Assembly (NCBI GenBank): GCA_034659035.1
Contig: JAYEGI010000159.1
Location: 1-36,399, forward strand
From: Methanobacteriota archaeon
GTDB lineage: Archaea > Halobacteriota > Methanosarcinia > Methanosarcinales > Methanogasteraceae
DNA: 36,399 bases
Reading direction: 5' to 3'
The notes beneath the pieces were generated by a model. It worked only from the letters and a program-made list of their open reading frames with translations, did no database searches and was not told the DNA's origin. Shown here piece after piece: positions 18,173 through 26,750 of this stretch. The first letter of the stretch is position 1. Every line of letters begins with the position of its first letter. The position numbers were made by a program, and so were the translations under genes.

Positions 18173-19512
18173 CTCTTACGCTTTCCTAGCCTTTTACGGC
18201 GCGATTCAAGCCCCGGAACCAGTACAATCAGAAGCAGCCCTGCTATCGAAAACGCCGCCGTAAATCCAGGTACTGTTGCGAAGGTCTCGGTGGACTCGGA
18301 TGCTTCGGTTGCCCCGGTCGTTTCGGCCTCGGCCTCGGCCTCGGCATTGGTTTCGGTCTTGGTTTCGGTCTTGGTTTCCGTTCCTGTTGCCGCGGTTACC
18401 TCGCCACCGCAGTCACGGTTACATCCGGCAACCCCGTCATCATGGTAATTTTCTGTCGTGTCGCAGGTGTTGTCGCTGCCGTGATTTCCAACGCAGTCCT
18501 GCGTCACATCTATATCCGTACCTTCGTTTCCGCATACCTCATTTAAGGTTAGGTCATTGTTATTGGACTCTTTGCCTCTGCCCATATCTATCCCGTCACC
18601 ATCCCCAATAGCATCTCTTGGCTTGATCTTAAAACCGGCTATGTTATCCGTAATGACGTTATTCCGGATGGTGTTATACTGGGCGCCTATGAAGATCCCA
18701 TCCCCAAAGTTTGCGGACGCGTTGTTGCCCTCGATCAGATTGTAGCTTGACGAACTGCACCGTAGTAGGATACCACCCTGACCGTTTCCATATATATGGT
18801 TCTCGGTGATCTTCGCATAGTGCAGACCTTTCTTGGTGAAGAACCCGCCCTTTCGGTTGTCGTAGATCTCGTTTTTGGTGATAAGGTTATCTGTAAAATT
18901 TTTACTACCTGCATAGAGAAAGATGCCGTTGCCGCCGTCACCGCAACCTGCACCGGTGCCGGTGTTCTTATAAATCCTGTTGTTCTTTATCGTGGATGCT
19001 TTTATATAACAGGCATGAATCCCGTGTGTTGAGGTGTCGGTTGAACAGTCTGCGTCGCCATTGCCATGTATCTCACAGTTATCGATAGTGTTGTTAGTAA
19101 CAGGGTTTTTTCCGGAACCCTGGAGCCCGATTCCCGTGCAGAATCCAACGACTTCCAGATTCTTTATCACCACGTTACCGTACTCCTTATTGAAAACCCC
19201 GCAGTATCCTGCATTGGGATTGGTTTCGCCAACCCAGTCGCATACCTCAGCAGTCTCGCTCCCCATTATCTTGAAACCTGCACCATCAATCGTGATACCA
19301 TCCGCTCCGATAGTCAAGCCATGCACTCCTGCCACTCCTGCTGGGCAGGTTAAATCTCCTGTGAATGTCCAGTTTGTAACAACTGTATCGCCGCATTCGC
19401 AGGGCGCGATTCCGTTGCCGCAGTCTTTAGCAATCGCGGTTCCTGATGCGAAGATCATGATCAATGCCATTATCGCAATTAAGTTCATCAAATCTTTCTG
19501 AATTCTACTCAT
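18169..19512 (-). CDS. Single-unit Cys-rich beta-helix protein with PGF-CTERM sorting signal
   Basis: Signal peptide; one beta-helix unit paralogous to those of the neighbours; (ETKT)n/(EA)n linker; VPGFTAAFSIAGLLLIV plus basic tail. Confidence 0.88.
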   Translation of the reverse strand: MSRIQKDLMNLIAIMALIMIFASGTAIAKDCGNGIAPCECGDTVVTNWTFTGDLTCPAGVAGVHGLTIGADGITIDGAGFKIMGSETAEVCDWVGETNPNAGYCGVFNKEYGNVVIKNLEVVGFCTGIGLQGSGKNPVTNNTIDNCEIHGNGDADCSTDTSTHGIHACYIKASTIKNNRIYKNTGTGAGCGDGGNGIFLYAGSKNFTDNLITKNEIYDNRKGGFFTKKGLHYAKITENHIYGNGQGGILLRCSSSSYNLIEGNNASANFGDGIFIGAQYNTIRNNVITDNIAGFKIKPRDAIGDGDGIDMGRGKESNNNDLTLNEVCGNEGTDIDVTQDCVGNHGSDNTCDTTENYHDDGVAGCNRDCGGEVTAATGTETKTETKTETNAEAEAEAETTGATEASESTETFATVPGFTAAFSIAGLLLIVLVPGLESRRKRLGKRKR

Positions 19513-19671
19513 ATCGTATCTCCTTTTTTTGGATTATGTTATTCAAACAAGTAGGTGTGCGGATTGCTGCCAGCCATATCGATAGTGTTTAGTGGTATTT
19601 ACCTGATTCCGTACACCTATGTTGCTGTTACAGCGAGACTATGAATCTCGTGTAAGATCGCACTTAGGCTG

Positions 19672-19736
19672 TTAGGTGTACATAAACCGTACCCTACAGA
19701 TGTTTGGTTTTTGATTAAAAACCTAATAAAGTTAGT
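19672..19736 (-). promoter_or_regulatory. Operator/promoter array upstream of the beta-helix-MotA-DUF2149-BatD unit
   Basis: TTAGG(19672-19676)-N16-CCTAC(19693-19697)-N5-TTTGG(19703-19707)-N14-CCTAA(19722-19726)-N5-TTAGT(19732-19736). The sense-strand N16 spacer contains TTTATGTA. Confidence 0.8.
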
Positions 19737-19937
19737 TTTACTGAAAAATCTCTCGTAAAAGGTAGGTTACCTGCTTGCAGTACTTATAGCCACTGGTGAA
19801 AAACGATTTTTTCACAAAAAATCGAGTGAAAACTGCTCTTCGGGTGGGGGCTGACGATATAATTTTTCGTAAATGGAAATGGTGCGTAGAGTGACCGGAT
19901 ATTATAGTATATATAACATAAAAAAATAAAAGGGGAT

Positions 19938-20300
19938 TTACCCCCTTTCATTCATCCATACTCCCCCACACGAGCTCTGTAAGCCCGAATAATCCAATCT
20001 ATACCAAAACAACACCTGGAAGTTCTGGTATCGGTGCAGTAATAGCGTATGTGGCCGCGGAGCCGATGCCGTGGCTTTTTTGGCATCCTCGCTCACGCCC
20101 GTGTTCGTATTTGTTACCACAACACTTGGATCGGTGCATGGATCTCCATCTGAGTTATATGCATATCCGCTGATCGTAAACGGCGATGCCGGTTCCTGTG
20201 CCGTAGCGGGGGCTATCATTACAATACCTATCACCGCAACAAGCACGATACTTGATATATTCCTATTTGTCGGTCCTACCATCCTTTTACTTATTTTCAA
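19938..20300 (-). pseudogene. Internally deleted surface-protein gene: signal peptide and half an 'X' module, joined out of frame to a PEF-CTERM-like tail
   Basis: PFTISGYAYNSDGDPCTDPSVVVTNTNTG matches the X module of neighbours and then breaks off. Another frame reads ITAPIPELPGVVLV*IGLFGL, with an internal stop. Confidence 0.65.
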
Positions 20301-20354
20301 TCTTCTTTTCCGGATTTGAACTGGGTAGGAGATGGAGAATGGAGATAAAGGAGA

Positions 20355-20480
20355 TCAGACCCCCCCATCGCTTACGACATCGCTATCCAGCACGAACCGA
20401 TAATAGCTCGATGTTGCAGCCGTCATTACAGGTGCAACCATGCACATCGGTGTCAGTGCGAAGCACCAATTACAACTTTA
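20355..20480 (-). pseudogene. Short remnant of another 'X'-module gene
   Basis: Reads ALTPMCMVAPVM-TAATSSYYRFVLDSDVV, resembling the signal peptide of 20646..21251 (ALLVCMVGATLVM) fused to TAESSNYYRLVL of the X module. Confidence 0.45.
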
Positions 20481-20645
20481 TCTGTCCAAACTCCCTGAAA
20501 AAGAAAAAAGAGGGATTTATGAACACGCCATTTGCAGCTATTTTTTTTGCCGCAACTTTCGCACCCATTTCCCTTCTCCTTGCGTCTGTTCACCACTCCT
20601 TTCAGAGTAGTTTTCAGACTTCGCTTTATCCGCTTACCCAATCCA

Positions 20646-21251
20646 TCAACAACAATTCAACGGGTATTGATCGTTCTCCGGATGCGCCGGATCATCATGT
20701 AGCAGATGCATGAAGATCTGCCTGCCATCGTTCGTTGTGATGCCATCACAGAGACCATCGCAGTCAGCAGCCCAGAGCGTGTCCTCGTCGATAGAAAATG
20801 GTTCTGCACCATTATAGAGCAGATACATAAATATGTGCCTGCCGTCGTTCGTTGTGATACCAGGAAGCCCATCCACATCACCACAGACACCGGTCTGTCC
20901 GACCGTGAGGTTCTGCTCAAAGCCACCGTCGTCCATCTCGTCCTGGGTGACCGGGTGGGTGGCTGCTGTGACACCGTCCACATCGAAACTCAGCACATGT
21001 CCTGCATTTACATTACCAGAGCAGGTCACGACTTTGTAGTAGTCCGAACCAGCTGCGGTATCTACAACGAACCCCTCTCCGGTGTCCGTGTTTGTCACCG
21101 AAACATTCGGACCATTTACCGGGTCTCCGCTGCTGTCACTGACCCAGCCATTTACCGCGAATGGTGCTGGCTGTGCCATGACAAGCGTAGCACCCACCAT
21201 GCAGACGAGAAGTGCAAGAAGCACTCCCACTCCTTTGTTCATCTTGTTCAC
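20646..21251 (-). CDS. Secreted 'X' module + dockerin protein
   Basis: Duplicated dockerin-like segments GDVDGLPGITTNDGRHIFMYLL and ADCDGLCDGITTNDGRQIFMHLL. Confidence 0.8.
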   Translation of the reverse strand: MNKMNKGVGVLLALLVCMVGATLVMAQPAPFAVNGWVSDSSGDPVNGPNVSVTNTDTGEGFVVDTAAGSDYYKVVTCSGNVNAGHVLSFDVDGVTAATHPVTQDEMDDGGFEQNLTVGQTGVCGDVDGLPGITTNDGRHIFMYLLYNGAEPFSIDEDTLWAADCDGLCDGITTNDGRQIFMHLLHDDPAHPENDQYPLNCC

Positions 21252-21277
21252 CCCCTAAAAAAATAAAGAGAGGAAGT

Positions 21278-22288
21278 TTATGGATACGTCAGCGTGCAAC
21301 TATCTGTTGCCGCAACGAAGTATCCTACTCCTCTCTCCATCGTTGTGAAGTCGATGAACTCAGGTCCTTCTGTTTCTCCTACCGGATCATACAACTCGTA
21401 CTTCTGCTCCGCTGCATTCCAGCGTGAAACATACCTGTAGTCGCCCGCTATCGAGTCAATCGCACCAGGAAGATCCGCACTCGTGTTCGTCCAGCCGATG
21501 CAGTTTAAGCTAGGCGAGAGGGGAGTGCTCATCGAATCGACGGCATAACCCTCATACGACCATGTGCCGGCAGTCGTGACATCCGCGAAGTAGCCGACTC
21601 CCGTCTCCATCGTGCCAGTGGTGACCGCCACAAACTGGTTTGTAGATGCATCGTAGCTGTACACCTCGCCGTACACGATCGTGCAATCGCCGTTGCCGAG
21701 TACTGCGCTCGTGCTGCTATCCGACGGTGTCAGCGGCAGCGAGATTAGGTTCCAGCCGAGGTCGAGGGACTTCGTGAAGATCTCTGATGATCCTGTGAAC
21801 GTGAATGTGCCATTCGTGTAGGAGTTGGTGACATCATCACCATCTGGGTCTACCGTTATGTTTTTTGCAAAGCCAAGTTCTGATACACAACTTCCAGACT
21901 CACATTCACAATGGGCGGTCAAGGTCGCCATCTTATAAAGACCGGGAGCGATGACCGCCTCCTGCTCTCCCGCAATACGAATGTGATTTGGAGGATCATA
22001 CAGTTCGCGTGTCCCGAATCCATTCCAACTAAACGGGCTTTCTGAGAAGTCTGCATCCGTTATATTGATGCAACTCGGGTCGAAATAGATATCCACCTGA
22101 TAGCCACTGCAACCTGTCCCCCATCCTTCATAATTTACCCAGAACTCAACGAATTTATCATCTCCGCCGCATATTCCAGTACCGTCCTGTGGGATAAGAT
22201 ACCCGTCCCACGGATCTGCTGCTGCCTGCGCTGTAAGCACTGCTAATACTGCCAGTACTATCCCTATTCCAAATGTTATTCTTTTCAT
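21278..22288 (-). CDS. Secreted cohesin-like domain plus a C-terminal GWNLISLP-type domain
   Basis: GYQVDIYFDPSCINIT...MATLTAHC...SELGF fits a cohesin-like pattern. The C-terminal half has two internal repeats (GWNLISLP...METGVGYF and NCIGW...MERGVGYF). Confidence 0.65.
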   Translation of the reverse strand: MKRITFGIGIVLAVLAVLTAQAAADPWDGYLIPQDGTGICGGDDKFVEFWVNYEGWGTGCSGYQVDIYFDPSCINITDADFSESPFSWNGFGTRELYDPPNHIRIAGEQEAVIAPGLYKMATLTAHCECESGSCVSELGFAKNITVDPDGDDVTNSYTNGTFTFTGSSEIFTKSLDLGWNLISLPLTPSDSSTSAVLGNGDCTIVYGEVYSYDASTNQFVAVTTGTMETGVGYFADVTTAGTWSYEGYAVDSMSTPLSPSLNCIGWTNTSADLPGAIDSIAGDYRYVSRWNAAEQKYELYDPVGETEGPEFIDFTTMERGVGYFVAATDSCTLTYP

Positions 22289-22327
22289 TCTATTTACCTC
22301 CTTCTGTCTTTATTCCAGTATATTCTA

Positions 22328-24517
22328 CTACAGGTCACATCCCTTGCAGCAGTTCAGCACATAGTTTGGTACTACCATGCGTTTCCGAACCTTCTTCACA
22401 TCCCTGATATCTATATCATCATCGCACTTTGCATTCGCAGCCCATGGACAATCGAGAGCATAGTTTGGTACTACCATGCGTTTCCGAACCTTCTTCACAT
22501 CCCTGATATCTATGTCCTCATCGCAGTTCACATCACCGCACTGAGTAATGTCGCCATTGACATCCCAGCACGGTCCGGTTTCCGGATAGTTCTCCGTAAA
22601 CCTGGTGCGGTCGTGGTGCAGGATGTTCCAGTTGTTCACCGGACACGCGTGATCAAAGTTGGCCCATTCTTCGATCCAATTCTCATCGCCTCCCATCGTG
22701 AAGGGACCGGCTGTGAGCACCCCGGTTTCTGCACCGGCTGCAAGCCCTGCAGGAATAGACACCGGATTGACACAATCATTCCATTCACCATGGAGTTCTG
22801 TGAAGTTCACCAGGACATCGTCTGTTGTTGCGATGTCTCCGACATTCTCCACAGTGTAGAGCAGATTGTATGTCTTCCATGATTCATCGATCCACTCCAC
22901 ATAACCCACAGTAAGTGGATGGATCACGAGGTCAGGTCCGCCGAAGTTGTTACTCATGCAGTTGTTGGACTTATCGTCTCTCGGCTCCTCGTTGTTTACG
23001 TCCGCACAGACTGTGACATTATCGATGTATGTTGCACCATTCACCGATACACCGGTATTTACCGGATGAGGGCCGCTCGTGAGGGTCTGCGTACCAAATC
23101 CAGGAATTGCCGGGACGGCTTGCGTAGCTACCGATGTTCCATCTATCGAGATGCCCGCATGGGTCGGATTCGACGCAGCGTAGCCTCTGTTCATTATCGT
23201 ATAGTGTACGGTGTATGTCGAACCCGGATCGTTCCATGTCTCGTTCTTGCCGATGACTTCAAGGTCTACTTCCGGCGTACTAGGACAGTGATGCGGGTGA
23301 AGGATGTTATTGCAACTATCATCCTCATCACAGTTAAGGCAGATATCACAGGTGTTGTTAGTACCATAATTTCCGCAGCAACCCATCGGTGCAGGTCCTG
23401 CACCTTCGCATGCCCCTATATCGGCCCTATTAAAGCAGCAGCAGCCCTTATTTCCACAGGCAGTATTGCTACTCACATTGTTGTAGTCCGAACCATCGCT
23501 CCGGCCCATGCAGATTCCACTGGCAGTGTTGTTATTCGCTATGTTGTCAAAGATGGTGTTGTTGGATCCGCCTACATATATCCCGTGTCCAACGTCATTA
23601 CCCAAGTGGTCGCAGCATCCTACGTTGTTTGACGCGTTGTTGTATGCGATGAAGTTCTCGTTTGACATCATGCATCGCAGTACGATTCCACCTCGTATGG
23701 TATCTGTCGTACCGTGACCGTTTTCCCATGCATGGTTGTGGGTGATGTCACACCTGGAAAGCATCATCTTTGTCCAGATGCCGGCTTTGGCATTGTGATG
23801 CAGGTCATTGTAGCTGATATTGCAGTACTCGTGCTTGGAGTCCGGGGCGCCCGCAAAGATATAGATGCCGTTGCCACCATCGTCGCAGCCAGCGCCCGTA
23901 CCATCATTATGATGGATTTCATTGTTGGTTATCGTGATCGCAGGCGCACCTAGAGCACCTTCTGCTACATTGCAAACGTGGACGCCATGGGTTACCCTAA
24001 GCCCTGCATTAATCCCGTTGTGATGGATGTTGCAGTTGTCTACTGTGTTGTTATAAACCCTGTCATCTCCGAAACCACCTTTAAAGGCAACCCCTGTGCA
24101 GAACCCTTCAATCTCCAGGTTCTTTACCGCCACATCGTCGTGGTACTCGTTGTAGATCCCACTTATGGTGCAGGGATTGGTCCCACCCCCATCTGAACAG
24201 TCATCGAATGTTACGCTTCCTGTTATCTTGTAACCAGCGCCATCAATGGTGACACCATCAGCTCCGATGATATAACCAGCCTGTCCTGCCGGGACTATGT
24301 AGCTTTGATCAAGCGTGCAACTTGCCGTTATCACCGTATCTCCGGGTGCAGGGCATGAATCATATGCGCTTGCGCTTCCTGCCGCCACCAGCAGTACGAT
24401 TCCTGCAAGTGTTAGCGTCGTTATACCAGTCGAGAGTCGTCTCGTTTCTGGTAGTCGTCTCTTCATCGATACCAGCATCAATGCCAGCATCAAACGAATC
24501 TTCTCAATTCCTTTCAT
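22328..24517 (-). CDS. Secreted Cys-rich beta-helix + two CARDB + dockerin protein
   Basis: Beta-helix unit paralogous to 18169..19512; two CARDB-like modules; C-terminal GDVNCDEDIDIRDVKKVRKRMV and ANAKCDDDIDIRDVKKVRKRMV. AAGGAGG RBS. Confidence 0.88.
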   Translation of the reverse strand: MKGIEKIRLMLALMLVSMKRRLPETRRLSTGITTLTLAGIVLLVAAGSASAYDSCPAPGDTVITASCTLDQSYIVPAGQAGYIIGADGVTIDGAGYKITGSVTFDDCSDGGGTNPCTISGIYNEYHDDVAVKNLEIEGFCTGVAFKGGFGDDRVYNNTVDNCNIHHNGINAGLRVTHGVHVCNVAEGALGAPAITITNNEIHHNDGTGAGCDDGGNGIYIFAGAPDSKHEYCNISYNDLHHNAKAGIWTKMMLSRCDITHNHAWENGHGTTDTIRGGIVLRCMMSNENFIAYNNASNNVGCCDHLGNDVGHGIYVGGSNNTIFDNIANNNTASGICMGRSDGSDYNNVSSNTACGNKGCCCFNRADIGACEGAGPAPMGCCGNYGTNNTCDICLNCDEDDSCNNILHPHHCPSTPEVDLEVIGKNETWNDPGSTYTVHYTIMNRGYAASNPTHAGISIDGTSVATQAVPAIPGFGTQTLTSGPHPVNTGVSVNGATYIDNVTVCADVNNEEPRDDKSNNCMSNNFGGPDLVIHPLTVGYVEWIDESWKTYNLLYTVENVGDIATTDDVLVNFTELHGEWNDCVNPVSIPAGLAAGAETGVLTAGPFTMGGDENWIEEWANFDHACPVNNWNILHHDRTRFTENYPETGPCWDVNGDITQCGDVNCDEDIDIRDVKKVRKRMVVPNYALDCPWAANAKCDDDIDIRDVKKVRKRMVVPNYVLNCCKGCDL
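22360..22513. repeat. Perfect 55-bp direct repeat encoding the two dockerin halves
   Basis: 22360-22414 is identical to 22459-22513 (CATAGTTTGG...GATATCTAT). Confidence 0.95.
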
Positions 24518-24744
24518 TCATACCTCCTTTGTTGTATGTTTCCGGTCACTAGCGTGATCACGCATCAAGACGTGCACAATCACGCCATCTGGAGTGATTC
24601 GCACTTTCCGGTGCGCCGATTCGTCGTACTGTGAACGCCGCGAGTACGGCCATCCCTGCAATGTTGCGTCGGGTTTCCACCTGCTCTCAGCACCTTCACA
24701 AGTTTGCTGCGATACCGCAAATCTCGCGCAAAATCTATAAGATG

Positions 24745-24869
24745 TTAGGTATATATGAACCATGCCCTAACAATGTTAGATTTTTGATAAAACCCATAAA
24801 AAAGTTAGGTTTCCGAAAGAGTCTCTCTATGAACGCTCGATTAAATCCAAAAATCCGAAATATGTTAGG
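24745..24869 (-). promoter_or_regulatory. Operator/promoter array upstream of the beta-helix-dockerin unit
   Basis: TTAGG(24745-24749)-N16-CCTAA(24766-24770)-N5-TTAGA-N14-CATAA-N5-TTAGG(24805-24809), plus a further CCGAA-N5-TTAGG at 24855-24869. Confidence 0.85.
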
Positions 24870-24947
24870 TCATCCAAAAATTCTGCAGGAATTACAAAAA
24901 GAGTTCATAACAAGATTTATTCACCGCCATTCCAATGATCGCAGTGG

Positions 24948-25631
24948 TCACTTTCCTCTGCCCCTCCTTAATATCCCCACCATCCCAAAAACCACCGTTA
25001 TCATAACGATCCCAGCGATCGGAGATAAAATAGGGGATGCTCCGGTATGGAATGTTGTGACGTTCTCCGGTGCTGGTGTGATCGCTCTGATTGAAGTCTC
25101 TCCTTCGACTGGTGTTATCCGTGGTCTGGATGATGTCGTTTGAGACGCTGCTGGTGTCGATGTTGGTGCTGGTAGGTACCCTGCGTTACCACCCACACCT
25201 CCGGAATCGACGGGGATGCGGATAATGACACTCCGATCGTACAACCATCAATCGCGTATGAGATCGGATTACACTGTGGGGTCGCATTCTTGAGGGTATT
25301 AACAGTCATGCTCAGCGAACCAAAATCATCGGAATCGCAATCAAGCGTGATGCTGGCAAGATTAATCCGTCCGTTCAGTCCAAATTATTGGTCTGGAATG
25401 CCCCGATGCGTACAACCCCTTCACGGACACGCTCAAGATTTTTTATGGTAACATCGAAATCCCATCTTCCGCACCCGTGACGTTCACAACCGATGCATTA
25501 TACCGGAGTGTTACATCAACAGTACCAACATTTGCAGCATCTTCGATGATGAGTGGCTTGATCACCTTGCAGGAGGCGGGAACGACAAACAGCGACATGA
25601 TCAAAACGGTTTTTATTAGATTTTTCAGCAT
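24948..25631 (-). pseudogene. Frameshifted cohesin + Pro/Thr linker + TM-anchor gene
   Basis: Stitching across about four frameshifts gives IEDAANVGTVDVTLRYNASVVNVT...DFDVTIKNLERVREG.VRIGAFQTNN.GLNG...TVNTLKNAT, collinear with cohesin 2 of 25678..26724. Ends IAGIVMITVVFGMVGILRRGRGK. Confidence 0.8.
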
Positions 25632-25677
25632 AAATAAAAGATGAGGTGATGATGAACACCACCTTCTGTCTCTCCTA

Positions 25678-26724
25678 TTATCTCAGTTCCTCAAATCCGG
25701 TAATTCCGAGCACATGCTTCGCAAGATACATCGCATCAGCGATATCGATCACCTTATCGTCATTGACATCTGCCGCTTCAACGATGGTCACCTCGAATCC
25801 TGTAATCCCAAGTACGTGCTTTGCGAGATACATGGCATCGTGGATGTCCACTACGTCGTCGTCATTGACATCGCCGTTTAACAACAATACCGTATACGTC
25901 CCATTTCTCACAAGGTACGGCATCTCGTTGCCTATCGAAGTCGCATCCTTAAACGTAGTCACGCTCAGGTTCAAGGAGCATGTATCTCCGATGTTCCCAA
26001 CCGGTTCGAACGTAACATTCGCGAATGCGATGTTTCCGCTCATCCCTGGGTTATCGGTCTGGAATGTGCCGATGCGCACAAACCCTTCATGTACATGCTC
26101 AAGATTTGCCATGGTAACATCCATATCTCCGCAGGTCACGTCCGTGACATTCACGACCGATGCGTTGAACGTGAGCGTTATGTCACATGCACACACGTTT
26201 GCGCCATCTTCGATTGCGATCGATGTGGTCATGATGTCGCTGCCATTGCCGATGCTGATTGTGGCAACACCCGACGGCAGGACTGTAAACGACCCATTAC
26301 GCGTCACGCATGGCGTTCTGTTGTAGTCTGTGTCAAATAGGGTAACGGCTGTGATGTTTAGTGGGCTCACATCGGCCACATCCCCCACCGCGGTGAGATT
26401 GACGCATGCAAGGGTTGCATCGCCGTTCTGTCCTGATACGTTGATAGCATTCACATACACCCATCCGAACTCGTTGTCGATGTTATATGCGAGCAGATTC
26501 ATATCCCCCGGAGTAACACCGGTCACATAGACAACCGAGGAGTTATATGTGATATTGATCTCGCATCCACCCAGGATCGTTGCATTGGCGATCCGGATAG
26601 GTGCTATGATCGTGCTGCCGTATTCAACATCAACATCAGCGATGCTGATGGTTGTGGCAGATACCAGCGGTATCGAAAGAAACACGATCACGCTCAGGCA
26701 GATCAGTCTTATCCATCCGGACAT
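25678..26724 (-). CDS. Adaptor scaffoldin: two cohesins + dockerin
   Basis: Two cohesin-like modules (I.YNSSVV.V and LTFNASVV.V); dockerin GDVNDDDVVDIHDAMYLAKH / ADVNDDKVIDIADAMYLAKH. Confidence 0.88.
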   Translation of the reverse strand: MSGWIRLICLSVIVFLSIPLVSATTISIADVDVEYGSTIIAPIRIANATILGGCEINITYNSSVVYVTGVTPGDMNLLAYNIDNEFGWVYVNAINVSGQNGDATLACVNLTAVGDVADVSPLNITAVTLFDTDYNRTPCVTRNGSFTVLPSGVATISIGNGSDIMTTSIAIEDGANVCACDITLTFNASVVNVTDVTCGDMDVTMANLEHVHEGFVRIGTFQTDNPGMSGNIAFANVTFEPVGNIGDTCSLNLSVTTFKDATSIGNEMPYLVRNGTYTVLLLNGDVNDDDVVDIHDAMYLAKHVLGITGFEVTIVEAADVNDDKVIDIADAMYLAKHVLGITGFEELR

Positions 26725-26750
26725 AGCACTAAAAATAAAAAAAAAAGAGG

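Noticed and set aside
20453-20641. 62-aa basic ORF with CESC...C, reminiscent of FeoB-associated Cys-rich peptides
   Set aside because: It lacks the TM helix and reads through a T-tract that looks like a terminator; support is insufficient.
12254-24517. Multiheme cytochromes among the Cys-rich surface proteins
   Set aside because: No repeated CxxCH motifs; the Cys pattern fits disulfide-bonded caps and loops.
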